A DNA stretch of 32,000 nt. It comes from Candidatus Atelocyanobacterium thalassa isolate ALOHA (GTDB lineage: Bacteria > Cyanobacteriota > Cyanobacteriia > Cyanobacteriales > Microcystaceae). The notes below the pieces were generated by a model. That model searched no databases. It saw only the letters and a program-made list of their open reading frames with translations, and was not told the DNA's origin. The first letter of the stretch is position 1; each line of letters opens with the position of its first letter. Location of the stretch: positions 780,001-812,000 of the forward strand of contig NC_013771.1 of NCBI RefSeq assembly GCF_000025125.1, written 5' to 3'. Positions 1 to 10,234 of this stretch are shown here, in pieces. The position numbers and the translations under genes are program-made.

Positions 1-12
1 TATTCATTTAAA

Positions 13-588
13 CTAGTCGAATAAAATATTACGTAAGATAAAGGCAACGAAAGCTGTAGTACAAGCTAAGATTAATTGTGAAAAAATAGGATAAATAGAA
101 TAATTCACTACAAGATTTAAGAAGTCTGTTATTGATAAAGTTAAGGAATTTAGCATCCAAAAACTAAATAAATAGATTAAGCCAAAGGTATGTATCATAA
201 GCAAACCACTTACTGTGCTTATGAGTAAAATCTCTAATTTGGTTTTATACTTAAAAGAAAGCCATCCACATAACCAAGCTCCAGGAGCAAATCCTAAAAT
301 ATAACCAAAACTAGGTTGCCCAATATATTGGAGTCCTCCTCCATTGATAAAAATTGGATATACAAAAAGACCTAGCAATAGGTAAGCAAATTGTGATAGA
401 AATCCTGCATTTTTTCCTCCTATACATCCTGTTAATAAAACAGCTCCTATTTGGAACGTTATACCTAAGGACATGTGACTAAAATCTGCTTCTGGAAAAT
501 TTAGGGCTATATTTGCTTCAACGAAAACGCTAAAAATTGTTAATAATAATCCAATTATAGTCCAGAGTAACTCATTGACAAAAAGCAC
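13..588 (-). CDS. bioY: BioY-family biotin transporter, substrate-capture (S) component
   Basis: 191-aa polytopic membrane protein. The glycine-rich core (GGKNAGFLSQFAYLLLGL...FINGGGLQYIGQPSFGYILGFAPGAWLCGW) matches the BioY family pattern as I recall it. The start codon is GTG (plus-strand cac at 586-588). Confidence 0.7.
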   Translation of the reverse strand: MLFVNELLWTIIGLLLTIFSVFVEANIALNFPEADFSHMSLGITFQIGAVLLTGCIGGKNAGFLSQFAYLLLGLFVYPIFINGGGLQYIGQPSFGYILGFAPGAWLCGWLSFKYKTKLEILLISTVSGLLMIHTFGLIYLFSFWMLNSLTLSITDFLNLVVNYSIYPIFSQLILACTTAFVAFILRNILFD

Positions 589-844
589 AGTTAATACATA
601 ATATTCGTATATTTTGATAATTCTATATCCTTACGTATGTAATTTACAAATAATTTAGAATTGTTTGTAATGAGTCCATAAAAAAATAATTTTGAAAAAT
701 ATATAAATCATTTACTTGGTAAATCAATATTTTTTTGAAATATTGACTAAATCAACTGTGCGTAATGGTTTTTAAATTTTTTATTATGGTTATTTTGGTA
801 ATACGATAGAATGTAATGATTACTTATTCTTAATCATAGATTCA

Positions 845-1396
845 ATGACAATTGAGCAACAAAAACCAGATGATTCTTTATTAGATATTCATTATTTAGG
901 AGATAAAGATTTACGTAAGTCTGCAAAGCGAGTTTCTAAAATTGATGATTCTATTCGTGAATTAGCTAGAGATATGTTACAAACTATGTATAGTTCAAAT
1001 GGTATTGGTTTAGCCTCTACTCAAGTTGGTATTCATAAACAATTAATTGTTATTGATTGCGAACCTGAACTATCTACTAATGCTCCTTTGATTTTGATAA
1101 ACCCTAAAATTAACTATTATTCTCAAGAGTTATGTGTTATGGAGGAGGGCTGTTTGAGTATTCCAGGAGTATATTTTGATGTAATTCGTCCCGAAATGAT
1201 TCAAGTTTCATTTAAAAACGAAAATGGAAGGCCTTGTCAAATAAGTGCTACTGATTTATTAGCAAGAGTGATTCAACACGAAATTGATCACCTTAATGGT
1301 GTTATGTTTGTTGATAGAGTTACCAATGACTTAGATTTAACCACTAAGCTTCAAGAAAAAGGATTTACTAGAGAATCTGTAAAGTCTTTAAAGTAA
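845..1396 (+). CDS. def: peptide deformylase
   Basis: All three deformylase motifs are present: GIGLASTQVG, EGCLSIPG and HEIDHLNG. The length of 183 aa is typical. Confidence 0.95.
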   Translation: MTIEQQKPDDSLLDIHYLGDKDLRKSAKRVSKIDDSIRELARDMLQTMYSSNGIGLASTQVGIHKQLIVIDCEPELSTNAPLILINPKINYYSQELCVMEEGCLSIPGVYFDVIRPEMIQVSFKNENGRPCQISATDLLARVIQHEIDHLNGVMFVDRVTNDLDLTTKLQEKGFTRESVKSLK

Positions 1397-1738
1397 GATG
1401 ATAAAAAGTCTATTTTTCTCATTAAAAAAATTATTCATAACTTACCAAAATACTTGATAAATGTATTTAGAATGTTTAGTTTTGGAAAAACTGCTAATTA
1501 ATACTAAGTGCTAGACTTTTTAAGATTTCGAATAATCAACATATAATAAGATTGATATCAATCTAGAGAAGTACCTATTTCACTATTGATAGTTATTCTG
1601 TAGATGTCTTGTTTAGATTTCTTCTATTTTTTCAACACTTTTATAGGAATTATCTTTTGCGAAGAGAATCATTTTTATCATGATTAATTATCAAATATAA
1701 TAATTAATCACAATAATGAGTAAATCAACAATTAGTAT

Positions 1739-2749
1739 TTAAAAAGAACATAAATATCCCAAGGAATGTTTAACTTTGCTCAAAGTTTCATTAGCAATAG
1801 TTTCGGCTTTATCCTTACCTTCTTTTAATACTGAATCTAAATAATACTTATCAGTAATGATGCTATGATACTTTTCCTGAATTGGTGTTAGCGCTTCAAT
1901 AGTCGTATCAGCTAGCAAAGGCTTGAATTGCCCCCACCCCATATCACGGCATTCTTGTAATACATCTTGCTTTGTTTTTCCAGATAAAAGTGTATATAAG
2001 TTTAATAAATTATTACATTCTGGACGATCGTTATTGTCAAATTCCAACCCTTTTGCAGAATCAGTTTTGCAACGTTTAATTTTTTTGTGTATTAAATCAG
2101 GTGGATCTAATAAATTAATTCTGCTTAAATCAGAAGAATCAGATTTTGACATTTTAGACCTCCCATCACTTAAGCTCATAACCCTTGCTCCTGAGTCTCT
2201 AATTAGAGGTTCAGGAATTTTAAAAACTGGATTTTCTAATGTAGAAAATTTGCTGTTAAATCTTGCTGCAATATCCCGAGTTAATTCTAAATGTTGCTTT
2301 TGATCTTCCCCAACAGGAACATAGCTTGCGTTGTACAATAGTATGTCTGCTGCCATTAATATAGGGTAATTTAACAAACCGACACTAACATTCTCACCCT
2401 GCTTAAGAGCTTTTTCTTTGAATTGAATCATTCTTTCTAACCAATTCAAAGGTGTGATGCAATTAAGCAACCAAACTAATTCACTATGGGCTGAAACATG
2501 AGATTGAACGAAGATTGTAGAGTCTTTTAAATTAATGCCACAGGCTAAATAAAGAGCTGCAATAGAGTATGTGTCTTCGATTAGGGTTTTTGGATCATGA
2601 GGAATAGTAATAGCATGAAGATCTACTACACAAAAGAAATTTTCGTATTTTTGTTGTAAATCCACCCAGTTACTAATTGCTCCTAAATAGTTCCCTAGAT
2701 GTAGATTACCTGTAGGTTGTACTCCTGATAAGATACGTTGTTTAAGCAT
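1739..2749 (-). CDS. trpS: tryptophan--tRNA ligase
   Basis: Class I aaRS signatures are present: the HIGH-type region (GVQPTGNLHLGNYLG) and KMSKS. The 336-aa length is typical of TrpRS. Confidence 0.95.
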   Translation of the reverse strand: MLKQRILSGVQPTGNLHLGNYLGAISNWVDLQQKYENFFCVVDLHAITIPHDPKTLIEDTYSIAALYLACGINLKDSTIFVQSHVSAHSELVWLLNCITPLNWLERMIQFKEKALKQGENVSVGLLNYPILMAADILLYNASYVPVGEDQKQHLELTRDIAARFNSKFSTLENPVFKIPEPLIRDSGARVMSLSDGRSKMSKSDSSDLSRINLLDPPDLIHKKIKRCKTDSAKGLEFDNNDRPECNNLLNLYTLLSGKTKQDVLQECRDMGWGQFKPLLADTTIEALTPIQEKYHSIITDKYYLDSVLKEGKDKAETIANETLSKVKHSLGYLCSF

Positions 2750-3203
2750 TAAAATAATAATGTAAATTAGTTATTATAATTTCTTTAAGATTATGACTGA
2801 TTATGTAATCCATGTAAAAGAATTTATGCTGTATTTAGGTTAAATTATTTTTCTTGACTAATTAAAAATTTATATCGAGAGGATTGCAGACACTTAATTT
2901 ACTATTGAATAATGAAATATAAAAAAATGTTGTTATCCTATTATTTAATACAACTGATCATTAATATGTTATTACATTAGGCAATAACAAAAATGAAGTC
3001 TTAACTTATCAATTTTTCTAAGATTAATTTTTATATTAATCTTTGTAAAGATCTAAAGCTATCAATGACTACTAATTATTCACTTTAATTGTGCCATTAC
3101 TAAAAACATACATAAAAATTTCCTAATTCGAAGCTTAAAGTGTATGATTGTGTTTTAATAAAAACTTAATTTATATTATTATTATTTAGAGAGGTAAGAA
3201 ACA

Positions 3204-4451
3204 TTGTCTCGTAGTTATCTATTTACTTCTGAATCTGTTACTGAAGGTCATCCCGATAAAGTCTGTGACCAAATATCTGATACCATTATAGATACCCTAC
3301 TTCATCATGATGATCAAAGCCGGGTAGCGGCCGAAGTGGTAGTAAACACGGGGTTAGTATTGATCACTGGAGAAATAACCTCTCAGGCTAATGTTAATTT
3401 TGTCGATTTAGCACGCAAGAAAATCGCGGAAATTGGATATACTGATGCTGATAACGGCTTCTCTGCTGATAGTTGTTCAGTTCTAATAGCTTTAGATCAA
3501 CAATCAGCTGATATTGCGCAAGGAGTTACCCAAGCTCATGAACAACGTAAATCATCTAGCGATGATGATCTAGATAAAATTGGAGCAGGCGATCAAGGAA
3601 TTATGTTTGGTTTTGCTTGCGACGAAACCCCGGAATTAATGCCTTTACCAATATCTTTAGCACATCGTTTTTCGCATCGTTTAGCTACCGTCAGAAAAAC
3701 AGGTGATTTGTCATACTTGCGCCCTGATGGGAAAACGCAAGTATCTATAGTGTACGAAGATGGTATACCTGTAGGTATTGATACTATTCTTATCTCTACT
3801 CAACACGATGAAACTATTGGTTCGTTGACTAGTAATAATGATGTTCAAAACAAAATCAAATCTGATCTCTGGGACGCAGTAATTTTACCGGTACTTAAAG
3901 ATTTTAATATTGAATCTTCTGAAAATACTCGTTTTTTAGTTAATCCTACTGGAAAATTTGTTATTGGTGGACCTCAAGGGGATGCAGGTTTAACTGGTCG
4001 TAAAATAATTGTGGATACTTACGGCGGCTACTCTCGCCATGGCGGAGGAGCTTTTTCTGGAAAAGATCCCACAAAAGTAGATCGTTCTGCAGCCTATGCT
4101 TGTCGTTATGTAGCTAAAAATATTGTAGCTGCAGGTTTAGCAAAAAAATGCGAGGTACAAGTTAGCTATGCTATTGGAGTAGCTCGTCCAGTCAGTATTT
4201 TTATAGATACATTTGGAACGAGTAAAGTAGATGAAATAAAATTATTAGAAATCATTAAAGAATTATTTGAATTACGTCCTGCAGGTATTATTCAAAATTT
4301 TAGATTGCGTCAACTACCTGCAGAGCGAAACGGCCGTTTTTATCAAGATACAGCAGTATATGGACATTTTGGAAGAGATGATCTGGATCTACCATGGGAA
4401 TCAACTGATAAAGCGATGGTATTAAATCAAGCTTTCTCTATCAATGTCTAA
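3204..4451 (+). CDS. metK: S-adenosylmethionine synthetase
   Basis: The N-terminus [25 protein letters not shown] and the motifs [12 protein letters not shown] and [16 protein letters not shown] are canonical MetK. The start is TTG at 3204, with a GAGAGG Shine-Dalgarno at 3189-3194 (9 nt spacing). The alignment to known MetK begins exactly at this start. Confidence 0.95.
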   Translation: MSRSYLFTSESVTEGHPDKVCDQISDTIIDTLLHHDDQSRVAAEVVVNTGLVLITGEITSQANVNFVDLARKKIAEIGYTDADNGFSADSCSVLIALDQQSADIAQGVTQAHEQRKSSSDDDLDKIGAGDQGIMFGFACDETPELMPLPISLAHRFSHRLATVRKTGDLSYLRPDGKTQVSIVYEDGIPVGIDTILISTQHDETIGSLTSNNDVQNKIKSDLWDAVILPVLKDFNIESSENTRFLVNPTGKFVIGGPQGDAGLTGRKIIVDTYGGYSRHGGGAFSGKDPTKVDRSAAYACRYVAKNIVAAGLAKKCEVQVSYAIGVARPVSIFIDTFGTSKVDEIKLLEIIKELFELRPAGIIQNFRLRQLPAERNGRFYQDTAVYGHFGRDDLDLPWESTDKAMVLNQAFSINV

Positions 4452-4461
4452 AAATTTAGAT

Positions 4462-4523
4462 TATGGTAACTATCTAATTCTTATTACTAATAAAAAGAAT
4501 TAGATAGTTACCATAGTTCTTTT
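4462..4523 (+). terminator. hairpin terminator downstream of metK (21-bp perfect stem)
   Basis: Positions 4462-4482 (tatggtaactatctaattctt) are the exact reverse complement of 4495-4515. The loop is 12 nt and the stem is followed by gttcttttg. The hairpin begins 11 nt after the metK stop. Confidence 0.6.
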
Positions 4524-4679
4524 GACATGATGAAAGTTTTTGTATCTACGATAAGTAAACTAAGCGTTGATAGAGTTAAAGCTAAAAATAATTAAAATCA
4601 TAGCTAGTAAATACTATCTGACTCGCTCATATGTACGGCAACATGTAAATGCATTTATATATGTTAGTCTTTTCGAAAT

Positions 4680-4716
4680 AAAACTGGTATTTTTGTATTT
4701 TAAAAATACCAGTTTT
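4680..4716 (-). terminator. hairpin terminator downstream of rsmH
   Basis: Positions 4680-4694 (aaaactggtattttt) are the exact reverse complement of 4702-4716, with a 7-nt loop. On the minus strand the 3' arm ends in TTTT followed by ATTT. The hairpin lies 35 nt after the rsmH stop. Confidence 0.55.
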
Positions 4717-4750
4717 GCAAATTTAAAGTCATGTAAGTTACCGTGAATTA

Positions 4751-5647
4751 TTAAATGTTTTTACGTTTTGCAAATCTTAATTTTGCAGAACGAGAACGTC
4801 TATTATTATATTTTTCTTCTTGTTTTGGAATAATAGGTTTTTTAGTTATTACATCAAGTAAAGATGAATCACGGAAAGTATGCTTAACAATACGATCCTC
4901 AAGACTATGAAAACTAATAATTCCGATATTTCCTTGAGGTTTTAACCAAGAAGGCGACTGTTGAAGAAACTTTTCTAAAGAAGTAAGTTCATCATTAACT
5001 ATAATACGTAGAGCTTGAAAGACTCTTGTAGCCGGATGAATGCGCCCATAACGATACTTCGGAGGAAAAACTTTAGAAATTGCTGAAGCTAAATCAGTAG
5101 TGGTAAAGAATGGACGGTTCTCTACGAGGTAACGAGCAATAGAGCGAGAACGTTTTTCTTCTCCATATTGATAAAAAATATTTGCTAAGGTTATCTCACT
5201 CCAATGATTAATTATTTCTTCAGCAGTGAGAGATTGTTCACGATTCATTCTCATATCCAAAGAAGCTTCATGACGAAAACTAAATCCTCTTTCTGGATTG
5301 TCTAATTGAGGAGAACTAACACCTAAATCGGCGATAATACCATCAAATTCTTCTATTTTTCCTGGATAATCTTTAAAATTTCCTGCCCATGTTTGAAAAC
5401 GTTGCTTCATTGAAGAAGACATATTAGTTTTAGTATTTAAAATTGCATCGTCATCTAGATCAATGCCAATAACTTGAACGTTTGGAAAGGTACTCAATAT
5501 TAAGTTGCTATGTCCTCCTCTTCCAAGAGTCGCATCTAAGTATATACCACCAGGTTTGATAGCTAAACCTTCTATAAGCTCCTGAGAGAGAACTGGTATA
5601 TGAATATCAGAAAAAAAATGTCCTTCAATTGGTGTGAGATTTGTCAT
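4751..5647 (-). CDS. rsmH: 16S rRNA (cytosine1402-N4)-methyltransferase RsmH/MraW
   Basis: The SAM-binding motif [10 protein letters not shown], the [10 protein letters not shown] motif and the [11 protein letters not shown] region are present. Length is 298 aa. Confidence 0.9.
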   Translation of the reverse strand: MTNLTPIEGHFFSDIHIPVLSQELIEGLAIKPGGIYLDATLGRGGHSNLILSTFPNVQVIGIDLDDDAILNTKTNMSSSMKQRFQTWAGNFKDYPGKIEEFDGIIADLGVSSPQLDNPERGFSFRHEASLDMRMNREQSLTAEEIINHWSEITLANIFYQYGEEKRSRSIARYLVENRPFFTTTDLASAISKVFPPKYRYGRIHPATRVFQALRIIVNDELTSLEKFLQQSPSWLKPQGNIGIISFHSLEDRIVKHTFRDSSLLDVITKKPIIPKQEEKYNNRRSRSAKLRFAKRKNI

Positions 5648-5813
5648 AACGAAATTTTTTTAGTAGTAATCAGGAACTTATAACACTCAAAATAATTCAA
5701 AAAAAAAGAAATTCCGCGGAGATCCAGTTATCAATATAAATTTGACGGTTCAACGTATGGTATTTGTTCACTTTTGTTCTTTAAATTTGAACAGGATTTT
5801 GCCCCGTTTTTTT

Positions 5814-6221
5814 ATGTCTAGTTTAATAACACTACTTGGTATTCTTTACGGATGTAGTTTAGTTTCAACTATTTCTCCCTCCTTTTCTCAGTCAATCATG
5901 AAGTTCAGTGATAAAGATATCACTAATTATGCTCAAATTGTTTTGAAAATTGAGGATCAACGCCAGATTGCTTATCAAAAAATTGAGGAAATAACAGAGG
6001 GTTTACCACAAGAAATTAGTTGTGATCAATCATACACTCTGAAACAGTTACCTAATCAAGCTCAAACTATAGCAGTTAAATTTTGCAATTTATCTAAAAA
6101 AATAGCTCAGGATAGTGGTTTATCTTCTAATAAGTTTAATAGCATAACTGAAAAAGCACAAAAAGATACAACTTTGAGAAAAAGAATTCAAAATGCTATG
6201 ATTCGGGCTAGATTGCCTTAA
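5814..6221 (+). CDS. secreted or lipoprotein-like hypothetical protein, DUF4168-like
   Basis: I prefer the ATG at 5814 (MSSLITLLGILYGCSLVSTISPSFSQS, signal-peptide-like with a possible LYGC lipobox) over the track's TTG at 5742. The helical, Q/K/E-rich mature part resembles cyanobacterial DUF4168 proteins from memory. No catalytic motif is evident. Confidence 0.5.
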   Translation: MSSLITLLGILYGCSLVSTISPSFSQSIMKFSDKDITNYAQIVLKIEDQRQIAYQKIEEITEGLPQEISCDQSYTLKQLPNQAQTIAVKFCNLSKKIAQDSGLSSNKFNSITEKAQKDTTLRKRIQNAMIRARLP

Positions 6222-6656
6222 CTTAAAAGAAAAATAATAAACTATCAATATCAATTATTTTCGAAATATAAAAGAAAGTAAATTGTTTATATTCACAATC
6301 ATAGTTTTTATGAATTATTTAAGATGTCAATTTTGAAAACATAAGAATCTAAGCTAAGATTTGTTTGATTAAAAACATATCTGAAGATATTAGTCTCCTG
6401 TTAAAAATTCTAATCTAATTATTTTTGATAAATACTATATAAATTTATTAAAAAATTTTAAATTTCAGCAATCTAATAAGATCTTATTATTAATAATAAT
6501 TTTTTCGTAAGATTAATTAAGATTATATTTAGAGAATACATATTTAGGAAGAGTAAAGTTTACACTTATCACTGGTGTTACTGAAAAGCACTTTAATAGT
6601 AAAATAAAGTTGTGATTTTCCTAATCTAGATAACCCGTAGAGTGAGTAAGAATTGT

Positions 6657-8078
6657 ATGACAAAGCGAACCTTTGGTGTCATTGGCTTAGCGGTGATGGG
6701 AGAAAACCTCGCCCTTAATGTTGAAAGTCGTGGTTTTCCAATTGCTGTCTATAACCGCACAGCAAGTAAAACAGAAGAATTCATGAAAACTCGGGCCCAG
6801 GGCAAAGATGTTAAAGCGGCCTATTCATTAGAAGAGTTTGTAAAAGTCTTAGAACAACCTCGTAAAATTTTAGTGATGGTTAAAGCAGGAAAACCTGTTG
6901 ATGCTGTCATTGAAGATTTAAAACCCCTTTTAGATAAAGGAGATATGATTATTGATGGTGGTAATTCTCTTTATGAGGATACTGAACGTCGTACTCAATA
7001 CTTAGAATCAACAGGACTTGGTTTTGTTGGTATGGGGGTTAGTGGTGGTGAAGAAGGCGCATTAAAGGGTCCTAGTCTCATGCCTGGAGGTACGAAAGCT
7101 GCTTATAAAGAATTAGAGCCTATTCTAACTAAAATTGCAGCACAAGTTGATGATGGTCCTTGTGTTACGTTTGTCGGGCCTGGTGGAGCTGGGCATTATG
7201 TCAAAATGGTTCATAATGGAATTGAATACGGGGATATGCAATTAATTGCAGAAGCCTATGACATAATGAAAAATGCTCTTGGACTTAGTAATCAAGAATT
7301 ACATGAAGTATTTGCTAAATGGAATACTACTGATGAACTTAATTCTTTTTTAATTGAAATTACTGCAGATATATTTAAAAATATTGATCCAGAAAGCAAT
7401 AAAGCACTTCTTGATTTAATTTTAGATTCTGCTGGGCAAAAAGGTACTGGACGTTGGACAATAGTGACCTCTTTAGAGCTGGGAGTCCCTATTCCTACAA
7501 TGTACGCAGCAGTAAATGCGCGAGTAATGTCCTCCTATAAAGATGAAAGAATATCTGCTTCAAAACAATTAACTGGTTCTACTATTGAATTTAAAGGGAA
7601 TGTCAGTGAATTTGTTGATAAAGTAAGAGATGCTCTTTATTGCTCTAAAATATGCTCATATGCTCAGGGGATGGCTTTAATCGCTAAAGCTTCTACCGAA
7701 TACTATAACGGTGAGATAAGCCTACCAGAATCATCTCGTATTTGGAAGGGTGGTTGTATTATTCGAGCTGGCTTCTTAGACAAGATCAAGAAAGCTTTTG
7801 TTGATAATCCAAGCTTACCTAATTTACTTCTAGCTCCTGAATTTAAGCAAACTATATTGGATCGTCAAGATGCTTGGCGTGAAGTTCTTGTATTAGCTAG
7901 TCAAGCAGGAATACCAGTTCCAGCTTTTAGCGCTTCTTTAGACTATTTTGATAGCTATCGTCGTGCAAATTTACCTCAAAATTTAACTCAAGCACAACGA
8001 GATTATTTTGGAGCTCATACATACGAGCGTATTGATAAACCTAGAGGAGAATTTTTCCACACTGAGTGGGCTTCATAG
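6657..8078 (+). CDS. gnd: 6-phosphogluconate dehydrogenase (decarboxylating)
   Basis: The NADP-binding N-terminus GVIGLAVMGENLALN and the signature GAGHYVKMVHNGIEYGDMQLIAEAY are present. The ATG at 6657 fits the usual N-terminus better than the track's GTG at 6642. Confidence 0.93.
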   Translation: MTKRTFGVIGLAVMGENLALNVESRGFPIAVYNRTASKTEEFMKTRAQGKDVKAAYSLEEFVKVLEQPRKILVMVKAGKPVDAVIEDLKPLLDKGDMIIDGGNSLYEDTERRTQYLESTGLGFVGMGVSGGEEGALKGPSLMPGGTKAAYKELEPILTKIAAQVDDGPCVTFVGPGGAGHYVKMVHNGIEYGDMQLIAEAYDIMKNALGLSNQELHEVFAKWNTTDELNSFLIEITADIFKNIDPESNKALLDLILDSAGQKGTGRWTIVTSLELGVPIPTMYAAVNARVMSSYKDERISASKQLTGSTIEFKGNVSEFVDKVRDALYCSKICSYAQGMALIAKASTEYYNGEISLPESSRIWKGGCIIRAGFLDKIKKAFVDNPSLPNLLLAPEFKQTILDRQDAWREVLVLASQAGIPVPAFSASLDYFDSYRRANLPQNLTQAQRDYFGAHTYERIDKPRGEFFHTEWAS

Positions 8079-8090
8079 TTCTTCCTTTAA

Positions 8091-8152
8091 TATTGATTTA
8101 CAAATAAAATCCCTTTTTATAAGTAGAAAGGGATTTTATTTGTAAATCAATA
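8091..8152. terminator. 26-bp perfect inverted repeat, likely bidirectional terminator between convergent gnd and the GTPase gene
   Basis: Positions 8091-8116 (tattgatttacaaataaaatcccttt) are the exact reverse complement of 8127-8152. The 10-nt loop can pair further. The element fills 62 of the 79 intergenic bp. Confidence 0.7.
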
Positions 8153-8157
8153 CTGAA

Positions 8158-9711
8158 TCACCATTCATCTTTGTCTAATTTTTTTTTATCTGTTGACTTT
8201 AGGTTATCCCTTAAAGGATTGATAATTTTTAAAATAGCATCTTCTACAAAATTTTTAAGAAACATATCTTGTTTATTTAATTGAAAATTTCTTTGTACCA
8301 CCTCTTTGATACCTCCTTTTCCCCAACTCTGATTATTAGAAAAATATTCAACGAAGCTTTGTCCTGCAATACGCGTTAAATAAGCGACTGTAACACTTTG
8401 TAAAACTTTTCCGACAAGAAAACTCGATATATTTAATTGTAATATTTTCCCTAAAACTTCGACAGCTCCTTTGGTTATTTGCAGACCTATTAAAGTTTTA
8501 CCTAAAGATAAAGCTAGTTCCTTCCCTTCATCACTACTTAGCTTACATTCGTAAACTTGACCAATTTCGACTATCATTTGCGTGTTAACTGCTGCTGTCG
8601 CTAACATGTCAAAAAAAGGTAATGGATTAACAAGTACAACACCTGCTGTCACCCATTGGTATTGATTTATAACTTTATTACTTTGCTTACCTCTTTGGCT
8701 ATCAATAATTTGAGACGCTTCTTTCTCCAAGCGTTGGGACTTGGTAATAATATTTTTAGAAATCAGTTCTTGTCCTTCTGCTCGTAAAATTATTACGATT
8801 TTTCTAATTAAAGTATTGATACTAGGTGATAAGTCTACCTTTTGTATCATTTCTAATTGTCTATTTTGAGGATTTGCAGATATTAAGATTACGTCTTCTA
8901 CGAAAAGAAGATTTGTTGTTTTATTTTTTAAACTATTTAGAATTTTAATTCTATCTTTTTGAGAATAAAGATCTATTTTATTAAAAATTAATAATACTTT
9001 TTTACCAAGGCTATTAATAAATTTTAAAAATTGATATTCAGATTGGGATAAGTCATTATCTACGATAAATAGTAATAAATCTGATTGCAAGGATAATTGT
9101 TTTGCTAACTTTCCTCTTTTTTCCCCCTTTAATCCCATTTCTAAAATACCAGGAGTATCTGTGATTAAAACTTTACTAGATAGTCCTTTCAACTTAATAC
9201 GATAACTTACCCCAATTTTAGTTGTTCCCATCGAAGAATTAACTTGACCTATTACTTCACCAACCAAAGAATTTATAAGAGACGTTTTGCCTACGGAGCC
9301 TTTGCCAAAGAGAATGACTTTAAATTCTTGTCTATCCAGATCATCTATTATTTCTTTAGAGCGTTTTAGTAAAGACTGTTTTAGAGCCTTATTTTTAATA
9401 TTTTTTACACGATCAATAATAAGTTTTACATCTTGTAAAGAAATTTTTTTTCTATTTGTGAATTTAGATAAATAATTTTCCTTATATTTTGAATCAAATT
9501 TTCTGGCAAATAGTTTGTTATAGTAAAATGCCCAAGTATAGATTAAAAATCCTGATATTCCTGTTATTAAAAATATTAAAATATTAGCTAATAAGGGAGC
9601 AGTAAAAGAAATTTGTATATAAAGTTGATAAATAGAATTAACTAACCAGATAATTAATCCAAGAATTAAACTTAACCCAAAAATTAAGATAATCAAACGA
9701 TAAAAAGGCAT
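8158..9711 (-). CDS. membrane-anchored P-loop GTPase (MMR_HSR1/Era-like G domain with a DUF697-like C-terminal membrane domain)
   Basis: Two N-terminal hydrophobic helices are followed by G1 GKGSVGKTS, G3 DTPG and G4 NKID. The hydrophobic C-terminal segment (VTAGVVLVNPLPFFDMLATAAVN...) is typical of DUF697/YcjF-type proteins. Function is unknown. Confidence 0.75.
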   Translation of the reverse strand: MPFYRLIILIFGLSLILGLIIWLVNSIYQLYIQISFTAPLLANILIFLITGISGFLIYTWAFYYNKLFARKFDSKYKENYLSKFTNRKKISLQDVKLIIDRVKNIKNKALKQSLLKRSKEIIDDLDRQEFKVILFGKGSVGKTSLINSLVGEVIGQVNSSMGTTKIGVSYRIKLKGLSSKVLITDTPGILEMGLKGEKRGKLAKQLSLQSDLLLFIVDNDLSQSEYQFLKFINSLGKKVLLIFNKIDLYSQKDRIKILNSLKNKTTNLLFVEDVILISANPQNRQLEMIQKVDLSPSINTLIRKIVIILRAEGQELISKNIITKSQRLEKEASQIIDSQRGKQSNKVINQYQWVTAGVVLVNPLPFFDMLATAAVNTQMIVEIGQVYECKLSSDEGKELALSLGKTLIGLQITKGAVEVLGKILQLNISSFLVGKVLQSVTVAYLTRIAGQSFVEYFSNNQSWGKGGIKEVVQRNFQLNKQDMFLKNFVEDAILKIINPLRDNLKSTDKKKLDKDEW

Positions 9712-10234
9712 AAAAAATATATTGGTTCGCTAGTAGTAAAGTGAACTAAATTATATAAAATTGGATATAACTTAAAATGTGTTACTAAATAATACTTTGA
9801 GTTAAAACTTACAATCCCTAAGTATCAAGATAATTTGATTTTTTAAGATCTTAAATTGTAAGTAATTATAATTTATCGTAAAGCTTTAGTTACACTGAAT
9901 GATTTCTAAACTGATGAAAACTAAAAATAAAATCGTACAATTTCAAGTGATTACTGTAAACAAAATAATTGATTTAAAAATTAATTCATACTTATTATTA
10001 ACACATAACTTATAAATTTTAATGTAATTAACCATGCAATGAAATAACAGTATAAAGTAGCTCTGAAAATTACATCTTCTTCCTTTTTAAATTACATCAG
10101 TCTTTTTTTCTAATTTATTAATTAGATGCATTTTTAACAAACTCAATTAATTTAATGAAAACTGCTACTTAAAAGTTATATTACAATCTGACTAATATTT
10201 AAAATTAGTTGAAAAATATACAAACTTTATAAAT

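Noticed and set aside
1549-1564. Perfect 16-bp palindromes in spacers: agattgatatcaatct (1549-1564), taataagatcttatta (6474-6489) and tttttgatatcaaaaa (19598-19613). Two share the core TTGATATCAA.
   Set aside because: In roughly 20 percent GC spacer DNA the per-pair match probability is about 0.34. About one 16-bp palindrome is then expected by chance in 6 kb. Three is only a mild excess, and there is no consistent position relative to genes. The genome-wide frequency of TTGATATCAA would be worth checking, but the evidence here is too weak for a claim.
1923-2303. 126-aa plus-strand ORF from the track.
   Set aside because: It is antisense inside trpS, has low-complexity S/L/N-rich composition and no motif. 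It is a shadow ORF.
2750-3203. Possible SAM riboswitch or other leader RNA in the 454-bp region upstream of metK.
   Set aside because: There are no GC-containing helices or conserved riboswitch cores. The only hairpin is a 9-bp, almost all-A:T stem (aagattaat/attaatctt, one G:C pair) at 3019-3042. The region looks like plain AT-rich spacer.
5742-5813. N-terminal extensions in the track at 5742 (TTG), 6642 (GTG) and 23896 (ATG).
   Set aside because: Internal ATGs at 5814, 6657 and 23818 give, respectively, a proper signal peptide, the usual Gnd N-terminus and the usual GloB N-terminus. The extensions add non-conserved residues.
9287-9475. 62-aa plus-strand ORF from the track.
   Set aside because: It is antisense inside the membrane GTPase gene, across its P-loop region. 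It is a shadow ORF.
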